From Syntrophales bacterium (GTDB lineage: Bacteria > Desulfobacterota > Syntrophia > Syntrophales > UBA2192): DNA of 32,000 nucleotides. The notes under the pieces were generated by a model. The model worked only from the letters and a program-made list of their open reading frames with translations, had not been told where the DNA came from and searched no databases. The translations under genes were made by a program, and so were the position numbers. The stretch is from contig DAOTMG010000005.1 of the NCBI GenBank assembly GCA_035450185.1, positions 1-32,000 on the forward strand, given 5' to 3'. Below are positions 18,542 to 27,075 of the stretch, piece after piece; position 1 is the stretch's first letter, and each line of letters opens with the position of its first letter.

Positions 18542-19528
18542 ATGAGAATCGCCGTTCTCCACAATGACGTTCCGGACACAGCCCCCCCGGACGAAAAAGA
18601 CGCCCTTCTGCAGGCGGAGGCTGTCCGTTCCGCCCTGCTGACACTCGGTCACGAGACCGTCCTGATCCCCTTTCCGATGGATATCCGGGAGGTCGTCGAA
18701 AGATTCTCCCGGCAGAGGCCCGACGGGGTCTTCAACCTCGTCGAGTCCGTCGGCGGCCAGGGACGGTTCATCCACCTGGCACCGGCGGTGCTGGACGCCC
18801 TATCGACACCCTATACGGGATCGCCGACATCAGCCGTTTTTCTGACTTCCCACAAACTCGAAACCAAAAAGCGTCTCCGATCGGCCGGTCTGCCCACCCC
18901 TCCGTGGCACTCGACAGACGATGCTTCGGCCGACACCCCTGTTTCCGGCGTTCCCTTCATCATCAAATCGGTCTGGGAACACGCCTCCATCGGGCTGGGT
19001 GACGATTCCATCATCGTACCCGCGGACGCAGGGGAGTTGCAGGTTGAACTGGAAAAAAGGAAGGAACAGCTGGGCGGCGAGGCCTTTGCGGAACGCTATA
19101 TCGACGGCCGCGAGTTCAATCTCTCCCTCCTCGAAAGAAAGGAGGGGGTTTCGGTCCTGCCGCCGGCGGAGATCCTGTTCAGGGATTTCCCGGCCGACAA
19201 GCCCCGGATCGTCGGATACCGTGCGAAATGGGACGAGGGGGCGCACGAATACCACAACACCCCCCGCAGTTTCGACTTCCCCGCGGGGGACCGGGAGCTG
19301 CTCGAGAGGCTCAAGACCCTTTCGAGATCCTGCTGGGATCTCTTCGGACTCAGGGGGTATGCCCGTGTGGATTTCCGGGTGGATCGCAAAGGCGTTCCCT
19401 GGATTCTGGAAATCAACACCAATCCCTGCCTGACGCCGGACAGCGGCTTCGTGGCGGCCGCGGCGGAAAGCGGTCTTGATTATACCGATCTCATCGCCGA
19501 GATTGTTGCCGGGGCTTTTCGTCGGTGA
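18542..19528 (+). CDS. ATP-grasp ligase, D-Ala-D-Ala-ligase-like family (paralog 2)
   Basis: MRIAVLHND..., NLVESVGGQGRFIHLAPAVLDALSTPYTGS, PFIIKSVWEHASIGL, AERYIDGREFNLSLL and YARVDFRVDRKGVPWILEINTNPCL. The track start at GTG 18476 would overlap the upstream gene by 20 nt. ATG 18542 matches the family N-terminus. Confidence 0.8.
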   Translation: MRIAVLHNDVPDTAPPDEKDALLQAEAVRSALLTLGHETVLIPFPMDIREVVERFSRQRPDGVFNLVESVGGQGRFIHLAPAVLDALSTPYTGSPTSAVFLTSHKLETKKRLRSAGLPTPPWHSTDDASADTPVSGVPFIIKSVWEHASIGLGDDSIIVPADAGELQVELEKRKEQLGGEAFAERYIDGREFNLSLLERKEGVSVLPPAEILFRDFPADKPRIVGYRAKWDEGAHEYHNTPRSFDFPAGDRELLERLKTLSRSCWDLFGLRGYARVDFRVDRKGVPWILEINTNPCLTPDSGFVAAAAESGLDYTDLIAEIVAGAFRR

Positions 19529-19676
19529 AATGCCGGTTTCAAAAAAGGCGGTCGCTTCACATTCACGATCAGGAAACAGGGGGAGACTGCGTCGGGTGGG
19601 ACGACGGTCGGGGTTGACGTCCCGAAAGGGTATTTCGAGGTCTTTCTCTTCGATGGCGCAGACGCCTGTGACACCC

Positions 19677-19868
19677 TCAGGGGCCGGTGTACTTCAGTTC
19701 GTTGCCGAGATCGTTTTTTTCAGTGATCACGCCATCGGGACTGTCGATCTCGAAATGATACGCCGTGATGAATCCGTCCGATCTCAATTTTTTGCCGATC
19801 GCCAGAAGAATACGCTGGGCATCCGTGGGGGTCGCCGCCAGCACATCCAGCTGCATTGTCGCTTTCAT
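19677..19868 (-). CDS. 63-aa hypothetical protein
   Basis: MKATMQLDVLAATPTDAQRILLAIGKKLRSDGFITAYHFEIDSPDGVITEKNDLGNELKYTGP. GC-rich third positions match neighbouring genes. No family recognised. The track start at 19913 was trimmed to ATG 19868. Confidence 0.45.
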   Translation of the reverse strand: MKATMQLDVLAATPTDAQRILLAIGKKLRSDGFITAYHFEIDSPDGVITEKNDLGNELKYTGP

Positions 19869-19920
19869 GAAAAGGTTCCCCCGTAAATGATTCGCCGGGC
19901 CGACAACGGGCAAAGCGCAA

Positions 19921-19950
19921 AAGGGTTTCGGTCCGCGGACCGAAACCCTT
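19921..19950. terminator. perfect 30-nt palindrome hairpin, terminator after the tRNA-Val/tRNA-Asp pair
   Basis: AAGGGTTTCGGTCCG|CGGACCGAAACCCTT. It lies 10 nt downstream of tRNA-Asp on the minus strand. T-rich flanks on both sides (TTGCGCTTTG on minus, TGTTATTTTC on plus). Confidence 0.55.
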
Positions 19951-19960
19951 TGTTATTTTC

Positions 19961-20038
19961 TGGCGGGGCCGATGGGATTTGAACCCACGCCCTCCGACGT
20001 GACAGGCCGGCGTTATAACCAAGCTTAACTACGACCCC
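19961..20038 (-). tRNA. tRNA-Asp (GUC)
   Basis: The minus strand reads GGGGTCGTAGTTAAGCTTGGTTATAACGCCGGCCTGTCACGTCGGAGGGCGTGGGTTCAAATCCCATCGGCCCCGCCA. Acceptor GGGGTCG/CGGCCCC, anticodon loop CT-GTC-AC, T-loop GGTTCAAATCC, and an encoded CCA. Confidence 0.9.
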
Positions 20039-20053
20039 GCATTTCAAGCCATA

Positions 20054-20129
20054 TGGTAGGCGGAACAGGACTTGAACCTGTGACATCCACGGTGTAAGCG
20101 TGGCGCTCTCCCAGCTGAGCTATCCGCCC
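20054..20129 (-). tRNA. tRNA-Val (UAC)
   Basis: The minus strand reads GGGCGGATAGCTCAGCTGGGAGAGCGCCACGCTTACACCGTGGATGTCACAGGTTCAAGTCCTGTTCCGCCTACCA. Anticodon loop CT-TAC-AC and an encoded CCA. The acceptor has a G1-U72 wobble. Confidence 0.9.
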
Positions 20130-20271
20130 CTGTGAATGCATTCGCCTGAGAAAAAGTGTGGACTCTTTAACCATTCCGGCGGTGAATTGTCAAGCCGTAA
20201 ATGCTTCGCGGCACCGGCAGGCAAATCCATCGGACGCTGTTTTGCGCTCCGGCACGACGACAGGGACCCCC

Positions 20272-22689
20272 TCAGGCGTGGATCGGGACCCGTTTCGCCA
20301 CCGGCTCCCGCTCCGGTCTGTCTTCCTGAGGCTCAGGGGCCGGTTTCTCCATGAAGGCCACCTTCAGCACCTCGTCTACATTTTCCACATACACGATTTC
20401 AAGAGCTTTCAGCACGTTGCCGGGAATGTCCACCATGTCTTTTTCATTCTCCCGCGGGATAATGACGGTCTTGATGTTCCCCCGGTGGGCCGCCAGGAGT
20501 TTTTCCTTGACGCCGCCGATGGGCAGGACGCGACCCCTCAGGGTGATCTCGCCGGTCATGGCAAGGTCTCCCCGGACCTTGCGCTTGAGAAGCGCCGAGG
20601 CGATGGATGTGGCGATGGCGATCCCGGCCGAGGGTCCGTCCTTCTGAATGGCCCCTTCGGGCACATGAACATGGATGTCCCTTTCTTTGTATGAGCTCTC
20701 GTCAATGCCGAGCACGTCGGCTCTCGAGCGGACATAGGTGAGGGCCGCCTGCGCCGATTCCTGCATCACGTCGCCCAGCTTGCCCGTCAGGGTCAGTTTC
20801 CCCGACCCGGGCATCGTGGTGGCCTCCACCGTCAGGAGTTCCCCGCCCACCTCGGTCCAGGCCAGTCCGATCGTCAACCCCACGGAATCCTTCCCCTCGG
20901 TTTCGCCAAAACGGAATTTCGGAACCCCCAGATATTTTTCAACGGATTTCGACGAGATCTTGATCGTCCCCTTGTGACCGTTGGTGACGATCTCGCGTGC
21001 CACCTTCCGGCAGATGGAAGCGATCTCTCTCTCGAGGTTGCGGACACCCGCTTCCCGCGTGTAGCGCCGGATGACCTCCAGAATGGACCCGTCGGTGAAG
21101 AGGATGTCGTTGGACGTCAGCCCGTTGGCCTCCAGCTGTTTGGGAACGAGAAACTTCTTGGCGATGTTGAGCTTCTCGGGCTCCGTGTACCCGGCGATCC
21201 GGATCACCTCCATCCGGTCCTGAAGGGCCGCCGGGATGGTCTGGAGGATGTTGGCTGTCGTGATGAACATCACGTCGGACAGGTCATAGTCGACCTCCAG
21301 GTAGTTGTCGTTGAAGGCCGTGTTCTGCTCGGGATCCAGAACCTCCAGGAGCGCCGCCGAGGGGTCCCCCCGGAAATCGGAGCTCAGCTTGTCGATTTCG
21401 TCGAGGCAGAAGACGGGATTGCTCGTCCCGGCCTTCTTCAGAAGCTGGATGATCTTGCCGGGCAGGGCGCCGATGTAAGTTCGCCGGTGACCCCGGATCT
21501 CCGCCTCGTCCCTCAATCCACCCAGGGACAAACGGACGAAACGCCGGTTGGTGGCCCGGGCAATGGACTTGGCGACGGAGGTCTTGCCGACACCGGGAGG
21601 TCCGACAAGGCAGAGGATCGACGCCTTGTTCTTCTTGACCAGCGACTGCACCGCCAGGTACTCGAGGATCCTCTCCTTGACCTTCTTCAGACCGTAGTGA
21701 TCCTCTTCCAGGATCTGCTCCGACTCTTTCAGGGTGTGCTTGTTCTCCGTTTTCTCCGCCCAGGGCATGTCGAGCAGCCAGTCGATGTAATTCCTCACGA
21801 CCGTGGCTTCGGCCGACATGGGGGACATCATCTTGAGTTTCTTGATTTCGTGCCTGACTTTCTTGTGCGCCTCCTCGGAGAGCTTCTTCTGCTTGAGGCG
21901 CTTCTCGAGCTCCTCGATCTCGCTGCTCAGGTCGTCCTTGTCGCCGATCTCCTTCTGGATGGCCCTCATCTGCTCGTTGAGGTAATAATCCTTCTGGGTC
22001 TTCTCCATCTGCTTCTTGACCCTGCGCTTGATCCGTTCCTCCAGCTCGAGGATTTCCGTCTCCGAGAGGATCTGGGCGTAGATCTTCTCCAGTCGCTCGG
22101 CCACGTCGACGATCTCCAGGATGTTCTGCTTCTGGTCGAGCTTGACGTTGAGATGGGAGGCGACGACATCGGAGAGCTTGCCGGGCTGATCGATGCCGGC
22201 GATGGTGTCCAGCATTTCCGGCTGAATCTTCTTGCTGAGTTTCGCGTAGGCCTTGAAGGCGTCGACGACCAGGCGGATCAGGGCCTGCAGGTCCGAAAGG
22301 GACTTGCTGGAGGACTCCTCCACCTCCGATACGTTCACCAGAAAGTGGGTGTCATGCGCCAGATATTCGCGGATGACCCCGCGCTTCTTCCCCTCCACCA
22401 GGGCCTTCACGGTCCCGTCGGGCAGGCGGAGGAGCTGGATGATCACCCCGATGGTCCCGATGCGGTAGATGTCGCCCTCGTCCGGGTCGTCCTTCTGGGC
22501 GCTTCTCTGCGCGACGAGAAATATCTCGTTTTCGTGTTTCATGGCCGACTCGAGGGCGCTGATGGACTTCTCTCGGCCCACAAAGAGGGGGACGATCATG
22601 TAGGGGAAGACCACCACATCCCTCAGCGGCAGGAGCGGCACCTTGTATATCTTGTCCGTTTTCTTTCCGTCTTTCATAAAATCGAACAT
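20272..22689 (-). CDS. lon: ATP-dependent Lon protease
   Basis: N-terminal LON domain ([23 protein letters not shown]), Walker [10 protein letters not shown] and catalytic Ser in KDGPSAGIA. 805 aa. Confidence 0.95.
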   Translation of the reverse strand: MFDFMKDGKKTDKIYKVPLLPLRDVVVFPYMIVPLFVGREKSISALESAMKHENEIFLVAQRSAQKDDPDEGDIYRIGTIGVIIQLLRLPDGTVKALVEGKKRGVIREYLAHDTHFLVNVSEVEESSSKSLSDLQALIRLVVDAFKAYAKLSKKIQPEMLDTIAGIDQPGKLSDVVASHLNVKLDQKQNILEIVDVAERLEKIYAQILSETEILELEERIKRRVKKQMEKTQKDYYLNEQMRAIQKEIGDKDDLSSEIEELEKRLKQKKLSEEAHKKVRHEIKKLKMMSPMSAEATVVRNYIDWLLDMPWAEKTENKHTLKESEQILEEDHYGLKKVKERILEYLAVQSLVKKNKASILCLVGPPGVGKTSVAKSIARATNRRFVRLSLGGLRDEAEIRGHRRTYIGALPGKIIQLLKKAGTSNPVFCLDEIDKLSSDFRGDPSAALLEVLDPEQNTAFNDNYLEVDYDLSDVMFITTANILQTIPAALQDRMEVIRIAGYTEPEKLNIAKKFLVPKQLEANGLTSNDILFTDGSILEVIRRYTREAGVRNLEREIASICRKVAREIVTNGHKGTIKISSKSVEKYLGVPKFRFGETEGKDSVGLTIGLAWTEVGGELLTVEATTMPGSGKLTLTGKLGDVMQESAQAALTYVRSRADVLGIDESSYKERDIHVHVPEGAIQKDGPSAGIAIATSIASALLKRKVRGDLAMTGEITLRGRVLPIGGVKEKLLAAHRGNIKTVIIPRENEKDMVDIPGNVLKALEIVYVENVDEVLKVAFMEKPAPEPQEDRPEREPVAKRVPIHA

Positions 22690-22713
22690 GAGTATCTTTC
22701 TTCTCCGTTCAGC

Positions 22714-23970
22714 TTACGCCGTTTCCGACTTGGACTCGAATAAGAGGATGGGTTTCCCCTTGGAGACGACCACATCTTCGTTGATCACACATTCCTTCAC
22801 ATCCGTCCGCGAGGGGATATCGTACATGATGTCCAGCATGGTGTTCTCCAGTATGGCCCGCAGACCCCGCGCGCCGGACTTTCGCTCGACGGCGAGCCGG
22901 GCGATGGCCCGGACGGCCCCGTCGGTCAGTTTCAGTTTGACGTTTTCCATTTCAAAGATCTTCTGGTACTGCTTGACGATCGAGTCCTTGGGTTCCACCA
23001 GCACGCGCATGAGGCTCTCCTCATCGAGCTCGTCCAGCGTGCTGATGACGGGAAGACGGCCCACGAATTCCGGGATGAGTCCGTATTTCAGGAGATCTTC
23101 CGGCTGAACCTCCTTCAGGATCTCGCCGATCCTTTTTTCCTTCTTGCTCTTGATGTCGGCTCCAAACCCCATGAGACTGGAGCCGATCCTTTTCTGGATG
23201 ATGTCCTCGAGGCCGACAAAGGCGCCGCCGCAGATAAACAGGATGTTGGTCGTGTCGACCTGGATGAACTCCTGCTGCGGGTGCTTTCGCCCGCCCTTCG
23301 GCGGGATGTTGGCGAGGGTCCCCTCGATGATCTTCAGAAGGGCCTGCTGAACGCCCTCCCCCGACACATCTCTCGTTATCGACGGGCTGCCTGATTTTCT
23401 TGAGATCTTGTCGATCTCGTCAATGTAAACGATGCCCTTGGACGCCTTTTCCACGTCATAGTCGGCGTTCTGCAGCAGACTGAGGATGATATTTTCCACG
23501 TCCTCTCCGACGTAACCGGCTTCCGTCAGGGAGGTCGCATCGGCGATCGCGAAAGGCACATTCAGGATTTTTGCCAGCGTCCTGGCGAGGAGCGTTTTTC
23601 CCGATCCCGTCGGGCCGATCAGGAGAATATTACTCTTCTGGAGCTCGACGCCGCCCAGGTCGATGTCCGTGAAAAGACGCTTGTAATGGTTGTAGACGGC
23701 GACGGACAGAACCTTCTTCGTCCTCTCCTGAGCGATGACGTACTGGGCCAGGAACTTCTTGATGTCCCTCGGTTCGGGGATTCTCTTCTTGCCCTCCTCG
23801 ATGCCCGCAATCTCTGTCTCTTCCTGGATGATGCAACGGCACAGTTCGATGCACTCATCGCAGATATACGCCGACGGGCCGGCAACGAGCTTTTTCACCT
23901 CATTCTGCGTCTTGCCGCAGAATGAGCAGAAAAGGATCCCCCCTTCGCCGTCCTTGTTCTTCTTGGCCAT
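22714..23970 (-). CDS. clpX: ATP-dependent Clp protease ATP-binding subunit ClpX
   Basis: Zinc-binding N-terminus CSFCGK...CDECIELC, Walker A GPTGSGKT and IYIDEIDK. Confidence 0.95.
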   Translation of the reverse strand: MAKKNKDGEGGILFCSFCGKTQNEVKKLVAGPSAYICDECIELCRCIIQEETEIAGIEEGKKRIPEPRDIKKFLAQYVIAQERTKKVLSVAVYNHYKRLFTDIDLGGVELQKSNILLIGPTGSGKTLLARTLAKILNVPFAIADATSLTEAGYVGEDVENIILSLLQNADYDVEKASKGIVYIDEIDKISRKSGSPSITRDVSGEGVQQALLKIIEGTLANIPPKGGRKHPQQEFIQVDTTNILFICGGAFVGLEDIIQKRIGSSLMGFGADIKSKKEKRIGEILKEVQPEDLLKYGLIPEFVGRLPVISTLDELDEESLMRVLVEPKDSIVKQYQKIFEMENVKLKLTDGAVRAIARLAVERKSGARGLRAILENTMLDIMYDIPSRTDVKECVINEDVVVSKGKPILLFESKSETA

Positions 23971-23982
23971 GACTGCTCCCTT

Positions 23983-24579
23983 CTATTTCTTGACCATTTG
24001 CCGTTTGGAAATGACCTCGTCGATGATGCCGTAGGACCTCGCCTGTTCTCCGCTCATATAATAATCACGTTCCGTGTCTTTTTCAATCTTCTCGATCGAC
24101 TGTTTTGTATGCAACGCCAGGATATGATTCAGTTCCTGACGGAGCCGCAAAATTTCTTTCGCCTGGATCTCCACATCCGTCGCCTGTCCCTCGAACCCGC
24201 CGAGAGGCTGGTGGATCAAGATCCTCGAATGTGGCAGGGCATATCTCTTGCCGGCCTCTCCCGCCGCAAGGATAAGCGCTCCCATGCTCGCGGCCTGGCC
24301 CATGCAAACGGTGCAAACGGCCGGTTTGATGTACTGCATGGTGTCATAGATGGCGAGCCCCGCGCTTACGATCCCCCCGGGGGAATTGATATAAAAATAG
24401 ATGTCCTTGTCGGGGTCCTCCGATTCGAGGTACAGCATCTGGGCAATGATGAGATTCGCCACATCATCGTTGATCGGTACACCCAGGAAAATGATACGGT
24501 CCTTGAGCAGCCTCGAGTAAATATCGAAGGCTCTTTCACCCCGTCCATCCTGTTCTATGACGATCGGTATCAGCGGCAT
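23983..24579 (-). CDS. clpP: ATP-dependent Clp protease proteolytic subunit
   Basis: [19 protein letters not shown], catalytic Ser in GQAASMGA and His in LIHQP. 198 aa. Confidence 0.95.
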   Translation of the reverse strand: MPLIPIVIEQDGRGERAFDIYSRLLKDRIIFLGVPINDDVANLIIAQMLYLESEDPDKDIYFYINSPGGIVSAGLAIYDTMQYIKPAVCTVCMGQAASMGALILAAGEAGKRYALPHSRILIHQPLGGFEGQATDVEIQAKEILRLRQELNHILALHTKQSIEKIEKDTERDYYMSGEQARSYGIIDEVISKRQMVKK

Positions 24580-24585
24580 GTCCCC

Positions 24586-25893
24586 TCAAGCTTCCTTTTT
24601 CATGATAATATTAGCCCTGCTCTCGATAAAATCAAGGGTTTTTTCTTCCAATAATTTCAACTTGAAAGACTCCAACAAATTTTGTTGTTCGTACGATTGT
24701 CGGATGGATTCATAGTTTTGTCTGTATCTCTGTCCAATTTCCTTTAACTTTTCTTCAACCTCTGCGTCATCTACCTGAATAGACTCTTTTTCGGCTATTT
24801 TATGCAGCAGGAGGGTCGATTTGACGATTCGAACGGCATCCTCCTTGAACCGATCATGCAAATTCACCGCCATGCTTGCTGCCTGCTCGGGGTCCATGCC
24901 CCCATAGACCATCCTCTTCTGGGCATCGACCATCATGTTCAGGATCTGTCGCTCCACATAGGCGGAAGGGACTTCAAAAAGATTGTTCTCCAGGAGTTTG
25001 TCCACGAGGCTTTTCCTCAACCCCGAACGGGCTTCCGACTCCTTCTGCTCCTGAGTCGACTTGCGAATGTCCTCTCTCAGGGCCGCCAGCGAGTCGTACT
25101 GATCAAAATTTTTGATGAAATCCTCATTCAGTTCCGGAAGAACCCTCACCTTGATGTCCTTGAGCAAGACCCGGAAGGTTGCCTCGCTGCCGGCCAGTTC
25201 CTTCGTGGGATAGTCCGACGGGAAGGGAATCGTAAATTCCCTGGAGTCTCCTTTCTTCATGCCGATCAGATGCTCCTCGAAACCGGGCATCAGCTTCCCG
25301 GCTCCGACCGTCAAACCATAGTTGTCTTCCGTCAATTCCTTCCGGAGTTCCCCGCCGATCCTCCCCTCGAAATCGACAAGAACATAATCCCCGCTGATCA
25401 CGCCCCTTTCCTCTTCCAGATCCTTCACCGAGCTGTACATGGACCTGAGATCCTGAAGCCTCAAATCCACGTCCTCGTCGGTTACGGACACGGCTCTTTT
25501 CTCGAGCGTGAGTTCCGTGTAGCCCCGGGGGTCAATGATCGGTTCGATTTCCACGGTGGCTTCGAAGCTGAAGCTCTTGTTCTCCTCGATCCCGTGCTGA
25601 TCGATCTCGGGGTCCGCAACGGCGGTGATGCCGTTCTCCCGCAGCGCCTCCACGTAGGTATCATTCACCAGTTTTGTGATGGCCTCCCCTTCGGCCTGGT
25701 CTTTGAAGTAGGTTTCGAGAATCCTCCTCGGGGTTTTGCCCGGTCTGAACCCCTTGACCCTCGCTTTCCTGCCGACCGATTCATAGGCCCTGTCGAGCGC
25801 TTTTTTTACTTCCTCCCAGGGGATCTCAAAGGACAGTTTCTTCCTGACAGAACTGATCTCTTCAATTCTCACTTCAGCGGTTTTCACGACCAC
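24586..25893 (-). CDS. tig: trigger factor
   Basis: Ribosome-binding signature VKGFRPGKTPRRILE and a central FKBP-like segment. Conserved tig-clpP-clpX-lon order. Confidence 0.95.
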   Translation of the reverse strand: MVVKTAEVRIEEISSVRKKLSFEIPWEEVKKALDRAYESVGRKARVKGFRPGKTPRRILETYFKDQAEGEAITKLVNDTYVEALRENGITAVADPEIDQHGIEENKSFSFEATVEIEPIIDPRGYTELTLEKRAVSVTDEDVDLRLQDLRSMYSSVKDLEEERGVISGDYVLVDFEGRIGGELRKELTEDNYGLTVGAGKLMPGFEEHLIGMKKGDSREFTIPFPSDYPTKELAGSEATFRVLLKDIKVRVLPELNEDFIKNFDQYDSLAALREDIRKSTQEQKESEARSGLRKSLVDKLLENNLFEVPSAYVERQILNMMVDAQKRMVYGGMDPEQAASMAVNLHDRFKEDAVRIVKSTLLLHKIAEKESIQVDDAEVEEKLKEIGQRYRQNYESIRQSYEQQNLLESFKLKLLEEKTLDFIESRANIIMKKEA

Positions 25894-25921
25894 CCTCTTT
25901 TTCTTGAGTTATGTCCTGACC

Positions 25922-26008
25922 TGGTGCGAGAGAGGGGAGTCGAACCCCTACCCGCGCAAGCGGGCTGGATCCTAAGTCCAGTGCGTCTTCCAGTTCCGCC
26001 ACTCTCGC
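25922..26008 (-). tRNA. tRNA-Leu (UAG), class II with long variable arm
   Basis: The minus strand reads GCGAGAGTGGCGGAACTGGAAGACGCACTGGACTTAGGATCCAGCCCGCTTGCGCGGGTAGGGGTTCGACTCCCCTCTCTCGCACCA. Anticodon stem-loop CTGGA-CTTAGGA-TCCAG. Acceptor GCGAGAG/CTCTCGC plus ACCA. Confidence 0.9.
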
Positions 26009-26027
26009 CGCCGTCAGTCCTGGCGTT

Positions 26028-26056
26028 TATATAGTAACAACCCCTTCCGATGTCAA
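26028..26056 (-). promoter_or_regulatory. sigma70 promoter for tRNA-Leu-tig-clpP-clpX-lon (TTGACA-17 nt-TATATA)
   Basis: On the minus strand, TTGACA at 26056..26051, a 17-nt spacer, then TATATA at 26033..26028. The tRNA 5' end at 26008 lies about 20 nt downstream. Confidence 0.6.
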
Positions 26057-26082
26057 CATGGATTCTGATGGCAGTATGATAT

Positions 26083-26107
26083 AAAAAAACCGCCATTCCG
26101 GCGGTTT
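26083..26107 (-). terminator. intrinsic terminator after tRNA-Pro
   Basis: The minus strand reads AAACCGCC-ggaat-GGCGGTTT running into T7 (plus-strand A-run 26083-26089). It lies 10 nt after the tRNA-Pro 3' end. Confidence 0.6.
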
Positions 26108-26116
26108 AGAGCAAAA

Positions 26117-26193
<77 letters not shown>

Positions 26194-26201
26194 ACGGGGA
26201 G

Positions 26202-26230
26202 TTTGTACCATTCAATAAAAGCGCTGTCAA
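26202..26230 (-). promoter_or_regulatory. sigma70 promoter for tRNA-Pro (TTGACA-17 nt-TACAAA)
   Basis: On the minus strand, TTGACA at 26230..26225, a 17-nt spacer, then TACAAA at 26207..26202. The tRNA starts 9 nt after the -10. Confidence 0.6.
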
Positions 26231-26377
26231 GGGCTATCCGCCCGCTTACACCTGTAAAAGGCTGAAAAAAGCGCGGAAAACCCCGGGAGCGGCTCGGGCT
26301 GGGAAAGGGATGTCCGGCGATGTCTGAATGGTAACCTCTGACAGACCGTGCGGAGCCCTGATCGAGCTCCCTTGCTC

Positions 26378-26836
26378 TCAGGTCAGGTAGTCACCCCGGT
26401 TGAACTTGATCGACTCCACGGAGACCGTGACGAGAATCCGGTTGATCAGATCCCGTGCGGCGTCGCTTTCCGGGAGTGATTCCATGAGGGGAAGAAGTCG
26501 GTCTTTTTCGGTTTCCATCCCGACGACGAGCTCGTGAATATCCCTGAGGGAGTATCGCGGGTCGGCCAGCTTCGACGAGTAGTCATCGAGGACGGCGAGT
26601 AGTTTCTCGGCACGGCCGATGGTTTCCATCCGGCTGACCGCGCCGGGGTGCAGGATTCCCGAGACGGCGGGAAAGATCGTGTTATTCAAGGCCTTTGCGG
26701 GTACATCGGCGCCGGTTTCGCCAACGGCCTTCCTCAATAGCGTCTCAAAAGCGCTCTCTGACGACGACCCGGAATCTTTCCTCTTTTCCGCGGCGATTTC
26801 AGCTGTGACGATGGAACCCGTCGGTGATACTTTCAT
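26378..26836 (-). CDS. 152-aa hypothetical protein
   Basis: Strong SD GGGAGGAAAG lies 5 nt upstream of ATG 26836. Soluble and probably helical (…LLAVLDDYSSKLADPRYSLRDIHELVVGMETEKDRLL…IKFNRGDYLT). It vaguely resembles DUF327/YaaR-type proteins, but I cannot support that assignment. Confidence 0.65.
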   Translation of the reverse strand: MKVSPTGSIVTAEIAAEKRKDSGSSSESAFETLLRKAVGETGADVPAKALNNTIFPAVSGILHPGAVSRMETIGRAEKLLAVLDDYSSKLADPRYSLRDIHELVVGMETEKDRLLPLMESLPESDAARDLINRILVTVSVESIKFNRGDYLT

Positions 26837-26855
26837 CGCTCTTTCCTCCCTGTCC

Positions 26856-26869
26856 CGGGGTCTCTGACC
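26856..26869. repeat. left arm of 14-nt inverted repeat (CGGGGTCTCTGACC)
   Basis: Exact reverse complement of 27076-27089. It lies 19 nt upstream (minus sense) of the 152-aa ORF start. Confidence 0.8.
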
Positions 26870-26897
26870 ATACTATCGGACGAAGGGCCTTCGCGGT

Positions 26898-27074
26898 TTA
26901 GTCGTCCTGACCGGTAGTGCTCCCCTCGGGGCCCGTTGCTGCGATCGGTTTTTCCGGCTCCTTCTTGTATTTAATGCAATCTCTGCACCAGATTTCGTAT
27001 CCGCATGCACCCCGGCAAGTATCGAAATCATCAGGGATATCGGGTTTTTGCTGCGTCTTTTTTTCTTCGTCCAT
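26898..27074 (-). CDS. 58-aa four-Cys ORF (below the ORF-track length cut-off)
   Basis: Manual translation gives MDEEKKTQQKPDIPDDFDTCRGACGYEIWCRDCIKYKKEPEKPIAATGPEGSTTGQDD, then TAA at 26900..26898. Spacing is C20-x3-C24-x5-C30-x2-C33. There is no clear SD, because the inverted-repeat arm occupies that position. Confidence 0.35.
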   Translation of the reverse strand: MDEEKKTQQKPDIPDDFDTCRGACGYEIWCRDCIKYKKEPEKPIAATGPEGSTTGQDD

Positions 27075-27075
27075 C

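Noticed and set aside
20188-20193. A minus-strand TTGACA upstream of tRNA-Val as a separate tRNA promoter.
   Set aside because: I could not find a convincing -10 hexamer at 16-18 nt spacing (GTTAAA/TTAAAG only). The tRNAs may instead be processed from the lon read-through transcript. Left unannotated.
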